IMG/VR virus record: IMGVR_UViG_3300009151_000087
Span: 1-56,017 of that record
From: a virus
Lineage: Duplodnaviria > Caudoviricetes
DNA length: 56,017 nucleotides
Reading direction: 5' to 3' (one strand)
The notes beneath the pieces were generated by a model, which was given only the letters and a program-made list of their open reading frames with translations, ran no database searches and was not told the origin of the DNA. Shown one piece after another: positions 1 to 12,600 of this stretch (position 1 is the stretch's first letter; the number at the start of each line of letters is the position of its first letter). A program made the translations under genes and the position numbers.

Positions 1-3000
1 AAAGAAATTCCTGGATAATCTATACCTTTCATAAGTTGGCCCAAGTCGGCGCCCGGCATACCGTCCGTAGGAGAATAGCTGTTTAATATTCTCTCGGTAG
101 CATTGAGTAATTCGTTGCTTTTCTTGTAGATAACTTCTATCGTTGAGAATCGCGGTGGAATGTTAACAAATTGTATTGAATTGTATTTTTTGGTATATCC
201 ATTGATATCTTTTGTATAAGATACCAATGAAAATCTTGAACTAGTCTGTATTACTCCGTCTAGAAGAACTGTGAATGTCAATTTATCCGGCTGAGCACGC
301 CACCTTAATTCAAATTCAGATGTATATCCATCGGTTAAAAAAAGATCAACTGTATCAAGATTTCCAATTTGGTTGTTCTTAGAAATCCTATCAAATTTTA
401 ATTTTGTGATATTTTTACGAATAGGATTATCGGGTAATAGATAATTGTCTTTCCAGGCCTTCCACGGATATTGATTTATTAAATCGTCTGTTAAACCAAC
501 CGAAACAAATTGATCGATGTTGCGATTATATACCACAGGCAAATCAAAATCTGTTGTATATTTGTAAGAATTATCTACAATCGAATATTCATTTACAAAA
601 TTTCTTATATGTGTGCGATAAGGCTTCATCTCCGCTATATATTGTTCATAATAAACAGCATCTTGTAATTTATATAGCGGACGTTGATCAAGATTTCCAA
701 CATTATTCAGCACTGTTATAAACGATGTTTTAAATGCCCAATCGATAAATTTTTGTTCCGTCATGGCATATTTGACAGATTTAAAGAATAATAAATTCCA
801 ATTGATTTTCAATTCATTGATGAATATATCATTTCTTAATGCACTCAACAAATATTGCAATTCAATATCAGAAGTTTGATCCCATAATGTTTGATCGTAT
901 GTATTTTCATAATCCCAACCAAATGGTTCTAAATTCCAAATACTATCCAATATCTGAATAGTTCCATTCTGATCATATACTGTATCAAACCCTTGTCCAA
1001 AGGTGCCCGGCGCATTATCTGCGAGTTTTTTCAATATAGCATATCTACCGTCACCTTGGTTCTTTATTTTTACATATTGACCTTCTGCTAGATTCAATTT
1101 ATATATTCCAGATAAATCATTTACTGTATAAACAAAATCCTGAAAATTATTATAATCGGCACTTACCCAATCAACATATTTCCAATATAATCCTGTATTG
1201 TATTTTTGTGTACGGGCACGTTCCCATTTTAAAGATAGTTGATCAAATTCGTATTGTGTCCATTTTCCGTTATATAAAGCATCACTCTCGACTATAACAG
1301 TATGCGGTCTAGAATAAGCAATAATATTATCAGAATATCCTCGGCCCGGTTGTAATACATGCACTCTAGTAATTCTACCTTCGGTATCCACAACGGTGGA
1401 CAATAGAAGACCGGAGCCCATTGAATCGGGTAATATTAAAGCAGGTCCGACAAATGTACTAGTACTATTAGGAATAGGATCTAATGTTCCATATCCATAC
1501 CCTGGAGAAATAATACTAGTGCTTGCTATTCCTCCAACATCGTTGATATTGAGTCTAATAGCAGCTCTTTCATATTTGCCGGTATCAAGGGCCTGTAATT
1601 CATCATTAGTCAACACAGACAAATCATATAATCCCGATCCGGCCAATGGTGGATATTCCTGCGCTTCTAGATTTAAGAAACTATACTTTCCTGTGATTTG
1701 TTTATCAATAAGAACACTATTAACAAATTCTACGATATTTCTTAATGCGCCTAAACGATTTTTAAACAGAGTCTGCTGAGGTCTAATTCCAATACCATAT
1801 CTATTCCTACTAGTAAGGGCAGGGTCCGGTACAGGATTTCCAAGAGAGTCGTGTCCTAGCAAACTATCAATAAGTTTCTTTTCAAGTAGAGTATTAGGCA
1901 TACTCTTATCAGAATTTTCTTGTAATATTAGCCATTCTGTATGTCGAGGTATGGCTAATTTTCCTTCAGATACGTCTTGAACAACATTCAAACTTATAGT
2001 CTTACCAACAGGAATTCCTCCAATATTAGCTAACGCAACAGCATTGGGAGATATAATAGCAGCAAATTTTAATCCGTATGCTGTAGGATCGGCAATAATA
2101 CTCGCTACTTCATAACTACTAATTTTTCTATGTGTAGATATCGGTACTGTTATCTTATTTTTAACCCAAAAGTAATATACATTACTGAAACTATTTGTTA
2201 CGTTATCATACACCTGTTTAACTGATAAAACAGTATTGTCGGCATATCTTGGTTGTCCACTTATTCCTTGTGTCAATCCAACTGTAGTATCTGCTTTGGT
2301 ACTCCATTCACTTGGTAGTAATGTAGAACCCACCCATTCATAAACATCAATGGTAGCACCCGGAAATAATTTACCCCAGTTATTTTTTCTATATTCTAAA
2401 TCACTTTGTTCATACCACAGATATTTTGCGGTACTAAGATCCCACCAAAGTTCTCCAACATGATCATCTAACCAATTAGAGTTAGTATCATTTGTAGTTC
2501 TAGAAATTCCCACTGAGTAAACAGCAGGGTCGCTGATTAATTTGTATGTTAATTCTTGTTCTGCTATTCCAGCTATCTTACATTTCAGCGGATCAATAAT
2601 TTCAAGATATTCTAACACTTCTTCATTTACTGTATCTATCAATGATACCCGTTGGATTGAATCTGTTACGATAAGATTGCTTCTAGATCGAATTTTATCC
2701 CAACTATTTTTTGTAATATCTAATTTATCAAATTTATGTATTCCACTGAAGGTGGAGGTATTGTCTATAGCAGGAGCGCCTACAAAAATCGCGTTATCGT
2801 CAATTATAATACTTTGACCAAAATTGGTAGAATCAGTAGTTGATATCTTACTATCTGTTAATTCTTCTGCGAATAAGAATCTACTATTTTCTTTATAATA
2901 AACATATACAGCGCCAGAATTTGAACGTGTACCTAAAAATCTAGTAATTCCATTATCAAACACTTCATAGTCGCTATCAAAAACTGTACCAATGGATGAG

Positions 3001-6000
3001 TTTATTCCTTGAGATGAAACGACCAATGTATTTTCTTCAACATTGATTTCGATTTTTTTACCAAAATACATAGTTTGTCCGCTGACAACAGGTATTGGAT
3101 TTTCTAATACTTGATCTAATACAAACAGTGCTTCGGTATTCACATAATTGGTATTTTTGTATACAGCAATCTTTCCTCTAGCGTTATTGGTATTAACTGC
3201 CGACGGCGCAGATACAAATAGATATTCTCCTGTTTGAGAAATAGCAGTAGCTTCACCAAATCTAGAATTTATACCAAACGGAGATTTTATAGTTGCTAAA
3301 CGATTTAAAGATTTATTGAAAACTGTAACAACTCCGGAACTGGTTGAATATCCAGGAGCACCTACAACGATGTAATCAGCGTTATCTGTTCCATTCAAAG
3401 AATAACCCCATTGACTTGAAGGATTTAATGCTATACTAAAATCAACCAACGGGCTTGCTCCTGATATTTGAATATCATGTCCGTCATCTGTGATGGTATA
3501 TGAATAGACAGAACCCACAGAGGTGCCTGTTCCCGGAGCACCGATTAATGTCAACTTAGTTGAAGTATTTCTTTGAACAAATAAAGAGGATCCAAATCTG
3601 TTGCTTGAAGTACTACTAGGATTGACAATATATCTATGTTTTCCTTCTTCTAATATGCTAGGGTTAATGGCACTGACTTTTACTGTACCCGATGAATTAT
3701 ATGCGCCCGGTGCTCCGGCAAATATCAATCCATATGTAGATGTATTAAAAACTATATCATCGTATACTACAGAATAACCAAATTCAGTGGGTTGGTGGTA
3801 TGTTTCATCAAATTGATATCTAACTAGATTACTTACACCTTGAGTTTCTTGCTTGAATACAAAAACTTCTCCATATGTAGTGGCCTGGAAATAACTCGGC
3901 GCGCCGGCAACAAGTATCTTACTACCTGTTCTCTTGCTGATACTATTACCCAATGCCTGATTTGTTACAAAATTAATTTTGTAAAAATCTGAGGAATTGT
4001 AGTTTTTAATCTTCTCATATACAGCCCAATCATGAACATCAGTTGGTGAGGAACTGACCCAGAATCTAGTACCAATTGGAAAATTATATAAATTTGCATC
4101 GGATGGTAAGGAATCTAATAAGTCAATCCTTGCACTTTCAAATCTATATACTTGCCCAGGAGCTAATAAAGGAGAATCAACAATAGCGGATAATGTGCTA
4201 GGAACTACAAATTGCGTAGTTTTAGGAACGCTAGTGATAACATAAATTCCGTTGACCTGTGTATCAAAGTTTGCGATACTAATTATATCTCCAGCAGATA
4301 ATCCATGATCGGCATCTGTGGTAAATGTTATTTCACTTACCGGGGAACTTACATAAACTCCCACAACTCCCACATTGATATAGTTATATCTGTAAATGTC
4401 CCAATCACCATTTGACTTAAATCCTAACCAGACTGTATCACCAAGTTTCAATGCCGAGTTATTGGCAATATCTAATAGACTATTTGTATTATAAGCAGTA
4501 GCAGTAACATCATCAATCCTTACAAAACCAGAATGTGTAAGCAAGAATACATCTTGACTAGAGGTAGATACGAATGTTTGTGATGATATATAATCATCAG
4601 GTGTTATTAATAGATCACTGGCTAAACTATAATGTATTAAATTATTAGAATTGGCCGGTGGAATAGAATCTACAAACTGAACGATTTGAGGATTTTCTAA
4701 AAATGTTCCTTCTACTAGCGGCGTTTCTATTTCCGAATAAGACGAGAATGAACCAAATTGTCCAACACGAAATGCCCATTCTTCATTAAATTTAACTTCG
4801 CCTTGGGCATTTTCAATAGAAATTCTTGCTAATTTAGAAAGAGCGTTTTTTGTACCTTTTTCTCTAATAAATCCTTGATAGAATTTGTATTGAGATATAG
4901 GATCAGTGAATAGGCCATTTAAATATCCGCGAGGAGTATAACCAATCAAATGCTGGGCCATCTTTTGTTGGCCGGAGTCAAAATTATCAATATCTAAACT
5001 ATAAAAATCTTCAAATTGGCTGATCTTATAATCAAAGTTAGGTAATAGTCCTGCGACAGGCTTGCTTCCTAATAAATTCCATGTTGAGAAATCAAATGAT
5101 AACTTAGGATCTAAATTGCTATTTGCTGAATAATAATTACCATTGAACCTTACCACGTCCCCGATATTATACTTGGCGTATTTTTTCCAGTCAGTTATTG
5201 TTGCGGTATCATACACAAATCCAGGACTAAAATAATCTCCGTCCCAGTTAGCGGTCCTAAATCCAACTAATTTCATACGGCGTTGGCGATTGCCGGTTTC
5301 CGGTTCATATATAACATCACCAAATATAGTGTTGTTATCAAAAATCATAGCATGTTCTTTTTGTACAGAATTCAATCTAACAAAATATATACCATCGGAT
5401 CCTGGAACTGTTCCAACGGTACATACGCCGTCGTTCCTACTTATAGATAAACTATCTCGGGGATAGATACTGCCGTCGGCTTTGCGAATACTGTATTCAT
5501 AAAAACTATTAAAAATATTATCAACTACAGATTGATTAAATTTATATTTTATTTGATCAGCAAAAGGACTTAGTGTAATGATGCTGTTATCTGCCCAATT
5601 CTGTGTTGTCCAGAATAAAAATTCTTTAGCAGATAAATTCCAGTCAATTACTGTGCCAAGCTCTTTACTATGTTGGTCAAAAATAAATCCTTGATTTTCT
5701 AACCAGCGACCGTATCCTAGTATTAAATCGTAAACATCCTGTATGTTTGTTAAAGCTGCTCCATACAGGATTGTATTTTCTGTAGATTCATATCTATTAG
5801 AAATTTGTACTCTAGCACCACCGGTGGTAGGTGCTTCGGTCAATATCTGAAAATACGAAGGGTTGAACGTTGTTCCTGAACGATGGGCAGTTTGAACTCT
5901 ATAGAAACTATTTCCATAGAATACCAATTGACCTTTCTGATAGAAATGTCCAGTTATAGCAGAACTAGCCGAAGTAACATCTACATCTGTCAATCCTGTT

Positions 6001-9000
6001 GATCCGCCTGTTCCGGCCTCGGCAGTCCATACTACATAGGGTTCGGATATACCTCCCACTGTTATAGCAGGCGTTGAAGAATTTCTTATAGATTTATAGT
6101 AAGTAAAATATGGATTTGTTTTATCATATCCCTTAATGATATAATTACCATTTGATTTTTGAATTATAAATCCTGATGCTCCTACTGACTTAACCGGATT
6201 GCTGACATTTAATCTTAGTCTGTAGTTTTCCTGTGGCAACAATGTGCTAGGATTATTGGTAGTGGGCTCATAGGCATCAATTAATATCTGTAGAGTATTT
6301 TTATTTACAAATCCACCAACCTTGTGGAAGAGATTATAACTCACATAATCTATATCTTGTCTTAACTCGTATAGATAATTTTGTGTTCGTTGTTTTCCTA
6401 TTTCAGATATCAATGGACTATATCCGTTGGTCAATACATGTTTATTATTTTCTCCATATATTTGAAGCTCGGGAAGTTTTAAAAATGTCCGATCTGTTCC
6501 GTATGTCCATTGTCCGGCAATATTCTTCTGAATACGACTTGGATCGTACATCAAGGATGCGTAAGTTGCCGGAGATGTTAATGCCAGCAATTTCTGAATA
6601 GCGAACGGCCAATGACTACTTCTGCGCCAGGCAGTTTCCTGAGGGCCTTGATCGCCGGCTGCCCATCCTTGCCTAATATTGTATGGTGTAAGATTGGTAA
6701 GAAGTCTTACGCTAGGATCCACAAGATTGCCTATAGAATTAACTGGCAGTATCGACGACAAGCCCGGTCTAGCATAAAATTCATTAACACCGGCTGTGTC
6801 TCCACCGGCAATATTTCCAGACTCAATATCTGTCCATAACAGAGTATTGTTTGATGAATAATCTGTTCCATAAGTCAATTCCCACCAATTGGGCTCTTCA
6901 GAGAATCCTAACATTTCCCAAGGATGAGTATGAGGGCGATCGGTATCGTAGAAATATTTGTAGACAGCACGAGCAGAACCCGATGCGGTAATATTTTTCA
7001 AGGTATTATGTGCTTTTGTATAATTCCAAGTAAGTGGAAATGAATCATTGACCAAATCATTGGTTGTATAATCAATTCCATAATGTCCTGCCCAACGTGA
7101 AAGATCATGTTCTAGTATGCTATTAATTTCTTTAATTGAATACCGGGTTGTTCTAAATGCCCCAGGCATGACAGAGTTCACATCAAATAACTCAGGTCTA
7201 TATTCAGCCTTGATATTGTTATAAATTCTTTTTTCTAATTCGAGAATTATATCATCTCTGTAGTCATTGAAAGCAACTAACAGACTACCATCGTGTCCTT
7301 GTATTACATTTGTAGGAGTATTATAGGTATCGTCTAGATAAATCTTAGGTTGGAATTTTGGATACAGTCCTAGTTTTGTAGGAGTTGGTGGAATATATAT
7401 TCCTTCTGTATTAACATAATCATTAACCAGGATAGTATCTCCTTTATTGAGATCTATTAAAATTTCAAATGATGTTAATTCTGGTCTGAATTTATAATCA
7501 TAACCATGTGTTAGTTGTATTCCGTTCAAATAAATTAAAACTGATCTTAGAATTAATTTATCTAACATGAACTCAGAATTCAAAGGATAAATTTTATTTG
7601 ATGAATTTGAAACTGTCCATGTCCTAACTATTTTATCTGTTCCATATCCAATCATATCAGATAAGTGAAAAGACGAATCAGAATACTTATTTTTATTAAT
7701 ATCAACCATTATCGCATCTACTGCCTCAACTGGATCAAGGTAGTCATACTTGGTTGATATTCCATTTAAGAATGCTAATTTAAATTGATTATATTGATCA
7801 GATGTTTTTGTAATAGCATCGATAAGGCTATGTTCTTTCTTTCCTATAAACATCTGTGCAAATGCGATAGGATTGGCATTGGCAATTAATTCTGTTCCGT
7901 ATCTTGTATAATCCCCTCGGTCTCTCAAATCTCCTATATATCCAGGAATTCTATCAATCATAGAGTTTAAATGATATCCTAGTTCGCTTATTGTAAATTC
8001 TTGAATAGATCCGTTTAAAGGATTATTTGTTAATCCAAGAGGTTCTTGATAGTATGTATTCGATGAAGATGTGATTAAAGGTATTTGATAATCTGCCGCT
8101 TTCTTCCAAGCATTCTCATAATGATCGCCAACTTTACAATAGGCAATTTTGGTAGATATTGTGGTTCTAGTAGAATCATCTAATGATATAACTATGGTGT
8201 CTGATACCAAATAATTAGAAAATAACCAAGCACTGACAGAATTGATACTTCTATAGGCAAGAGGAAATCCTAAATATTGATCGCTACTACCTGTTCCTAT
8301 CTTATATCCAAATATTTTATTTCCGATAAAACTTGATCTATAATAATTTAAATCGGCGTAACTGTTTCCGTGGGTATCAAATAAATCAAATAATGGTGCC
8401 TGGTTTAATGCGGTACGTTGTTGTGAATAATTCCACTTAACTCCATCATACCACCAGGTTGTTCCTTTATTAGTACCTTTTAATACATTTACAGTTGACA
8501 TATCAACTGGATAATGGTCATTGGCAGGTACTAATGACAATCTTTCAAGTCCATTTAAGAAAATAAAATTAGCAGTATATATTTTTCCTCTAACCTCAGG
8601 ATTTGTGTCAGCATTAAAAATAATTCTATCACCGTGCTGAACATATTGATTATCTATAAAAAGAGGCGATGCGTTGTTTAGCGTCAATCCATTTATTGTA
8701 CTAAAAGCATCGGTTGTTTTGTTATCAAGTATTTCGACAGATTGTATACCATATAGACCAAAATTGAATAATCTTATATCTGCTTTAAATTCTACAATTG
8801 GGCGTTGTGCTCTAGCACTAGCAGAGCGAGCAGCAGTGGGTAAATTATTAGCAGCAGCCGCGGCATCGATAACATCTTTGTGTACCCATCTATTATATCT
8901 AGACCAAGGATTTAAATCTCGGCTGGCACGATTGATAGTCACATATTCAGCAACAGTAGGAATAGGTTTTTTTACACTATCAAATCCATAATTATCAAAA

Positions 9001-9686
9001 GGTTTTTCATCAAAGAAATCTGTATAATCAACGGCAAAAGAATCAGGAGTAGATAGGTTATCAAACGGAACTAATACAATTGATGCGCCTACTCCTTCTA
9101 CAAAAAATTCTTTGTTGAGATATTTTTCCGATACTCCTAATCCTCCAAATGTAATTAACATTCCGTTAGAAAGTTTTACTCCAGCATCGGTGGTATAAGT
9201 CGAAGTGCTAAGTATCTCATTATCAACATCTAGATTATCTGTTTCAATCTCAATCAATTCCGGACCAAGGGGTAACCAAAAATAATTCTGATAATTAACA
9301 AGTTTATCTAAATCAATGTGAGACTCATACGAATAAAAATCAGATCTAAACAATCTGTCTAGATCGTTAGTAAGTCCGCCCTTAATAGAAATTTCATTTA
9401 TTAAATCATCAAAACCTTGTACATCTTGTATATTATTCAACCTATCGTTGATTACGAGAGCAGGTGATAATTGATAATCACTTCTTAAATCTATAGATTC
9501 TGAAATATAAATGTCAGAGGAGGGATTATAATTAGGTGTGGCAGTTGATCCAATGTAACCGTCCAATCTTTCTAATTGTGCGGGATTTATTAGTTGATCA
9601 ATTGTGCCAGCTAAGAATTTTGAATTCTTATCAGTTCTTAAAAATACTGGCAATAAATCAACTGATCTAATGTTAGATGATGGCAT
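1..9686 (-). CDS. Giant (>3,200 aa) baseplate wedge/virion structural protein, 3' end outside window; position equivalent to T4 gp7
   Basis: ATG at 9686, 1 nt after the gp6-like stop, reads MPSSNIRSVDLLPVFLRTDKNSKFLAGTIDQLINP. The same frame is open where I translated it (3959, 2822, and 59-3: MPGADLGQLMKGIDYPGIS). The ORF track lists no stop-terminated minus ORF here, consistent with one open frame. Contains FG-GAP-like repeats and W/Y-xxG-x-V motifs. Confidence 0.85.
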   Translation of the reverse strand, partial: MPSSNIRSVDLLPVFLRTDKNSKFLAGTIDQLINPAQLERLDGYIGSTATPNYNPSSDIYISESIDLRSDYQLSPALVINDRLNNIQDVQGFDDLINEISIKGGLTNDLDRLFRSDFYSYESHIDLDKLVNYQNYFWLPLGPELIEIETDNLDVDNEILSTSTYTTDAGVKLSNGMLITFGGLGVSEKYLNKEFFVEGVGASIVLVPFDNLSTPDSFAVDYTDFFDEKPFDNYGFDSVKKPIPTVAEYVTINRASRDLNPWSRYNRWVHKDVIDAAAAANNLPTAARSASARAQRPIVEFKADIRLFNFGLYGIQSVEILDNKTTDAFSTINGLTLNNASPLFIDNQYVQHGDRIIFNADTNPEVRGKIYTANFIFLNGLERLSLVPANDHYPVDMSTVNVLKGTNKGTTWWYDGVKWNYSQQRTALNQAPLFDLFDTHGNSYADLNYYRSSFIGNKIFGYKIGTGSSDQYLGFPLAYRSINSVSAWLFSNYLVSDTIVISLDDSTRTTISTKIAYCKVGDHYENAWKKAADYQIPLITSSSNTYYQEPLGLTNNPLNGSIQEFTISELGYHLNSMIDRIPGYIGDLRDRGDYTRYGTELIANANPIAFAQMFIGKKEHSLIDAITKTSDQYNQFKLAFLNGISTKYDYLDPVEAVDAIMVDINKNKYSDSSFHLSDMIGYGTDKIVRTWTVSNSSNKIYPLNSEFMLDKLILRSVLIYLNGIQLTHGYDYKFRPELTSFEILIDLNKGDTILVNDYVNTEGIYIPPTPTKLGLYPKFQPKIYLDDTYNTPTNVIQGHDGSLLVAFNDYRDDIILELEKRIYNNIKAEYRPELFDVNSVMPGAFRTTRYSIKEINSILEHDLSRWAGHYGIDYTTNDLVNDSFPLTWNYTKAHNTLKNITASGSARAVYKYFYDTDRPHTHPWEMLGFSEEPNWWELTYGTDYSSNNTLLWTDIESGNIAGGDTAGVNEFYARPGLSSILPVNSIGNLVDPSVRLLTNLTPYNIRQGWAAGDQGPQETAWRRSSHWPFAIQKLLALTSPATYASLMYDPSRIQKNIAGQWTYGTDRTFLKLPELQIYGENNKHVLTNGYSPLISEIGKQRTQNYLYELRQDIDYVSYNLFHKVGGFVNKNTLQILIDAYEPTTNNPSTLLPQENYRLRLNVSNPVKSVGASGFIIQKSNGNYIIKGYDKTNPYFTYYKSIRNSSTPAITVGGISEPYVVWTAEAGTGGSTGLTDVDVTSASSAITGHFYQKGQLVFYGNSFYRVQTAHRSGTTFNPSYFQILTEAPTTGGARVQISNRYESTENTILYGAALTNIQDVYDLILGYGRWLENQGFIFDQHSKELGTVIDWNLSAKEFLFWTTQNWADNSIITLSPFADQIKYKFNQSVVDNIFNSFYEYSIRKADGSIYPRDSLSISRNDGVCTVGTVPGSDGIYFVRLNSVQKEHAMIFDNNTIFGDVIYEPETGNRQRRMKLVGFRTANWDGDYFSPGFVYDTATITDWKKYAKYNIGDVVRFNGNYYSANSNLDPKLSFDFSTWNLLGSKPVAGLLPNFDYKISQFEDFYSLDIDNFDSGQQKMAQHLIGYTPRGYLNGLFTDPISQYKFYQGFIREKGTKNALSKLARISIENAQGEVKFNEEWAFRVGQFGSFSSYSEIETPLVEGTFLENPQIVQFVDSIPPANSNNLIHYSLASDLLITPDDYISSQTFVSTSSQDVFLLTHSGFVRIDDVTATAYNTNSLLDIANNSALKLGDTVWLGFKSNGDWDIYRYNYINVGVVGVYVSSPVSEITFTTDADHGLSAGDIISIANFDTQVNGIYVITSVPKTTQFVVPSTLSAIVDSPLLAPGQVYRFESARIDLLDSLPSDANLYNFPIGTRFWVSSSPTDVHDWAVYEKIKNYNSSDFYKINFVTNQALGNSISKRTGSKILVAGAPSYFQATTYGEVFVFKQETQGVSNLVRYQFDETYHQPTEFGYSVVYDDIVFNTSTYGLIFAGAPGAYNSSGTVKVSAINPSILEEGKHRYIVNPSSTSSNRFGSSLFVQRNTSTKLTLIGAPGTGTSVGSVYSYTITDDGHDIQISGASPLVDFSIALNPSSQWGYSLNGTDNADYIVVGAPGYSTSSGVVTVFNKSLNRLATIKSPFGINSRFGEATAISQTGEYLFVSAPSAVNTNNARGKIAVYKNTNYVNTEALFVLDQVLENPIPVVSGQTMYFGKKIEINVEENTLVVSSQGINSSIGTVFDSDYEVFDNGITRFLGTRSNSGAVYVYYKENSRFLFAEELTDSKISTTDSTNFGQSIIIDDNAIFVGAPAIDNTSTFSGIHKFDKLDITKNSWDKIRSRSNLIVTDSIQRVSLIDTVNEEVLEYLEIIDPLKCKIAGIAEQELTYKLISDPAVYSVGISRTTNDTNSNWLDDHVGELWWDLSTAKYLWYEQSDLEYRKNNWGKLFPGATIDVYEWVGSTLLPSEWSTKADTTVGLTQGISGQPRYADNTVLSVKQVYDNVTNSFSNVYYFWVKNKITVPISTHRKISSYEVASIIADPTAYGLKFAAIISPNAVALANIGGIPVGKTISLNVVQDVSEGKLAIPRHTEWLILQENSDKSMPNTLLEKKLIDSLLGHDSLGNPVPDPALTSRNRYGIGIRPQQTLFKNRLGALRNIVEFVNSVLIDKQITGKYSFLNLEAQEYPPLAGSGLYDLSVLTNDELQALDTGKYERAAIRLNINDVGGIASTSIISPGYGYGTLDPIPNSTSTFVGPALILPDSMGSGLLLSTVVDTEGRITRVHVLQPGRGYSDNIIAYSRPHTVIVESDALYNGKWTQYEFDQLSLKWERARTQKYNTGLYWKYVDWVSADYNNFQDFVYTVNDLSGIYKLNLAEGQYVKIKNQGDGRYAILKKLADNAPGTFGQGFDTVYDQNGTIQILDSIWNLEPFGWDYENTYDQTLWDQTSDIELQYLLSALRNDIFINELKINWNLLFFKSVKYAMTEQKFIDWAFKTSFITVLNNVGNLDQRPLYKLQDAVYYEQYIAEMKPYRTHIRNFVNEYSIVDNSYKYTTDFDLPVVYNRNIDQFVSVGLTDDLINQYPWKAWKDNYLLPDNPIRKNITKLKFDRISKNNQIGNLDTVDLFLTDGYTSEFELRWRAQPDKLTFTVLLDGVIQTSSRFSLVSYTKDINGYTKKYNSIQFVNIPPRFSTIEVIYKKSNELLNATERILNSYSPTDGMPGADLGQLMKGIDYPGIS

Positions 9687-9687
9687 A

Positions 9688-12600
9688 TTAATTTCCGGTA
9701 CCTGTAATAATCAATGTTGTATTCAATTCAGCAGCAGTTATAGCATTGATAATTTCGATATCGGCTGCTGTTGCTCCGCTAATAAAAATTTCATTGTTCT
9801 GACAGGCTATCTCATATAAACTTCCAAAATTATTTGATCTTGGCACGATTACAAAATTGGTGATGTCAGGGCTAACTAAATTCATTACATATGCCGATAG
9901 TTCACTAAAGTGAAAAGTTTGTCCAAAATCCCAATTGTCTAGTGAGAAGAAATTATTAATAGCAGTTAGTATCGTGGATCTAATTTCATTATCACTAGAA
10001 GTTGTAGCACTATTTCTTACGGCCTTAAATGCTGCTCTTAGATTCACCTCGGCAGTTCCACCAAACAAAACTTTATATCCTACTGGTTGATATACTATTT
10101 CGTCACTAATTGTTTTAACAGGTTCTAGGTTTCTCGAATAGTTATTTTCTAAAGACTGACTGGTTGGTGTCAACGGTTTTGTTCCTGTTCCGCCATTTAA
10201 CAACCAATTTCTAAAAGCTGTATCATATGCTGCTGTTAGCATATAGACATCGATAATATTACTCTTGCTAGGATCTATTCTGCGTTCTTGTCCGCTATTA
10301 TGTAGATAATGAAAATTTAATTCATTACGACCCTGATATACAAAATAATTAGGCTCATACACAAACGCATTTGTGTTAACACTTTTCACAGCATCCGTTT
10401 CGGTAAAGTAATATAAAAAATCAGGATCTAATTGATTATTAAAATAAGAGCTAGCAGCATTTTCATTAAGAAATACCAGATACTGAGTACTATCAACCAT
10501 GGTATATCTCAATCCGTCAGATGCTCTTTTAAACATCACAGTACCGTAATAAGTTCCATATTTTATATCCCCGACCACACGTATAAATGTATCAGGGTCT
10601 AAAAGTTGTCCCACTGTTCCAGAATCTTGATTATCATAAAAGCTAACTTTGACTTTTGAAGGATTTACATAACCATCTACTTCTACCACTGGATTATCTA
10701 CCTGCCAGATATAATCCTGATCTAAAGGTATTCCTACTGATCCAGGAACTGGATTGATAGATAATACATTTATCTTGTCTTTAATTACTGTGTTATTTGT
10801 ATAATCAAAATTTACGTCGGATGGATCTTTATAAAATCCGGTTTGTTTTACACTTTGGAATATGTAATCAATTAACCTATATCTAACTTTATATTCAGAC
10901 CCTGTCCAGGTAAATGCTATCAACCAACTGGCATCTAAATTGGCATTACTAGTACTGGCCGAATTATCAAGACTAAAGTTACCGTATAGATCTAAATCAC
11001 TATCTTTAATTATGGTCCAGGCTCTGGCAATAGTTCCAAGACGTAGACCAAAATTTCTTTGTGTAAGGCAAAGATTAACCAGGTCGTTTTCAAAAGAATA
11101 AGACAAGGTATTAGGAAATGCCGGAATTATCTCTACAGGAATAGCACCTGTACCAATTTGATTTCCTAATATAACCGGACCTGTACCATCATTTAAATTA
11201 CCTGTTCCGAGATTTGACCCATCTCCTATTACCTGTATCACTGTGGACCATAGGTAATCTCTAGTCTTATTTGTTTTTGTAGAAACAATTTTACCATTGG
11301 GTAAGAAATATTGAGGAGTTAGATCTGGCCCTAGTGGAGGAACAAATTTAATTACCGATCCGGGTGTAGCATATGCCATCGGGTTGGTGAATATACTAGT
11401 TGAGTTCCCAATTGAAACAGGAATAGGAGTATTAAAAATATTATCAGTTGAGATCCTTGATATGAAATTAAAATATCCGCGGCCCTGGCCTGCGACCGAG
11501 TTGCTGAGATTCCATACAAAATTAGGAGTGACGAGATTGGTGTTTGGAACTATAGGTCTAGATGTTCTATATTTGTCTATGTAGAAAGCTCTTAACGACT
11601 GAGAATTAATAATAGGTTCAAGTTTATTTTTTATAACTGAAAAAATTTCATTTCTACTAAAGTAAGAAAAGCTAAAATTTTCTTCATGTATATCTTTATA
11701 TAATATACCATCTGTGGCAAATATATTTGTACTACTATACTTTCCACTAACATCGCTTAATTCAAAATATTTACTAACTCCACTTGATACTCGATTAATA
11801 CTTTTTATTTTTAAAACATCAGTGGTTAGTGTAAGAGGAGCGATATTATAATCTTCTCCTGTTACCATTCTATTCTGTGTATAGTAAGCCTGCGGGGCCT
11901 TAGATTGTATGCTGGCATTCGACTCAGGAGCCGCACTATTTGATACAATGTACTGCAATCCCAATGTCAAAGTTAAATTATGATTTTCCCCGGACTTGTT
12001 AACATACGGAACTGTAATGGTAATTCCACCTATGTCTTGAGGGGTTACTGAATAGGCCAATCCATTACTTTGTCTATAATATAAAGAAAAGTTGCCTTTA
12101 GGCAAATTTCCAAAACTACCATCTGTGAAATTTAAATCTATCTGATCAGCATCTCTTGATGTAACGCTGTATATATCACGAATGGTCTTTGATATACTAT
12201 TGTAGATAGCATTGTTTCCTACAATGTTAGGTACCTTGGTCCAAGTGGTCAGCGGATAGGTTCCATCGGGATTTAATTGCCATAACCATACATCTGTGTC
12301 GTTGATGTTTTTAATGTTAATTCCAACAATTTCATTTGGTACAGGATTGGTAACACTGAAATTAGAAACTCCTAGATTACCCTGTTTAAATAACGCAAAG
12401 AAACCAGTACCTCCGCTGCCGGAACCTCTGTTGTCATTTTGATATAATAAATTTAAAGTATTACCGGGCTTTGGACTATCTTCGTATATATAGGTCTTTC
12501 CGCTAAATGTTGCTGGTACAATCTCAAAACTCATGGATGTTCCGTTTATATTCTTTGAAAAAGTATATACAGGAACGTCAGGATTTGAACTGTTGATTTT

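Noticed and set aside
1-9686. Apparent 9.7-kb coding desert suggesting stop-codon reassignment
   Set aside because: It is one minus-strand ORF running off the window edge; TAA, TAG (25788, 49032) and TGA (21981) all end genes normally
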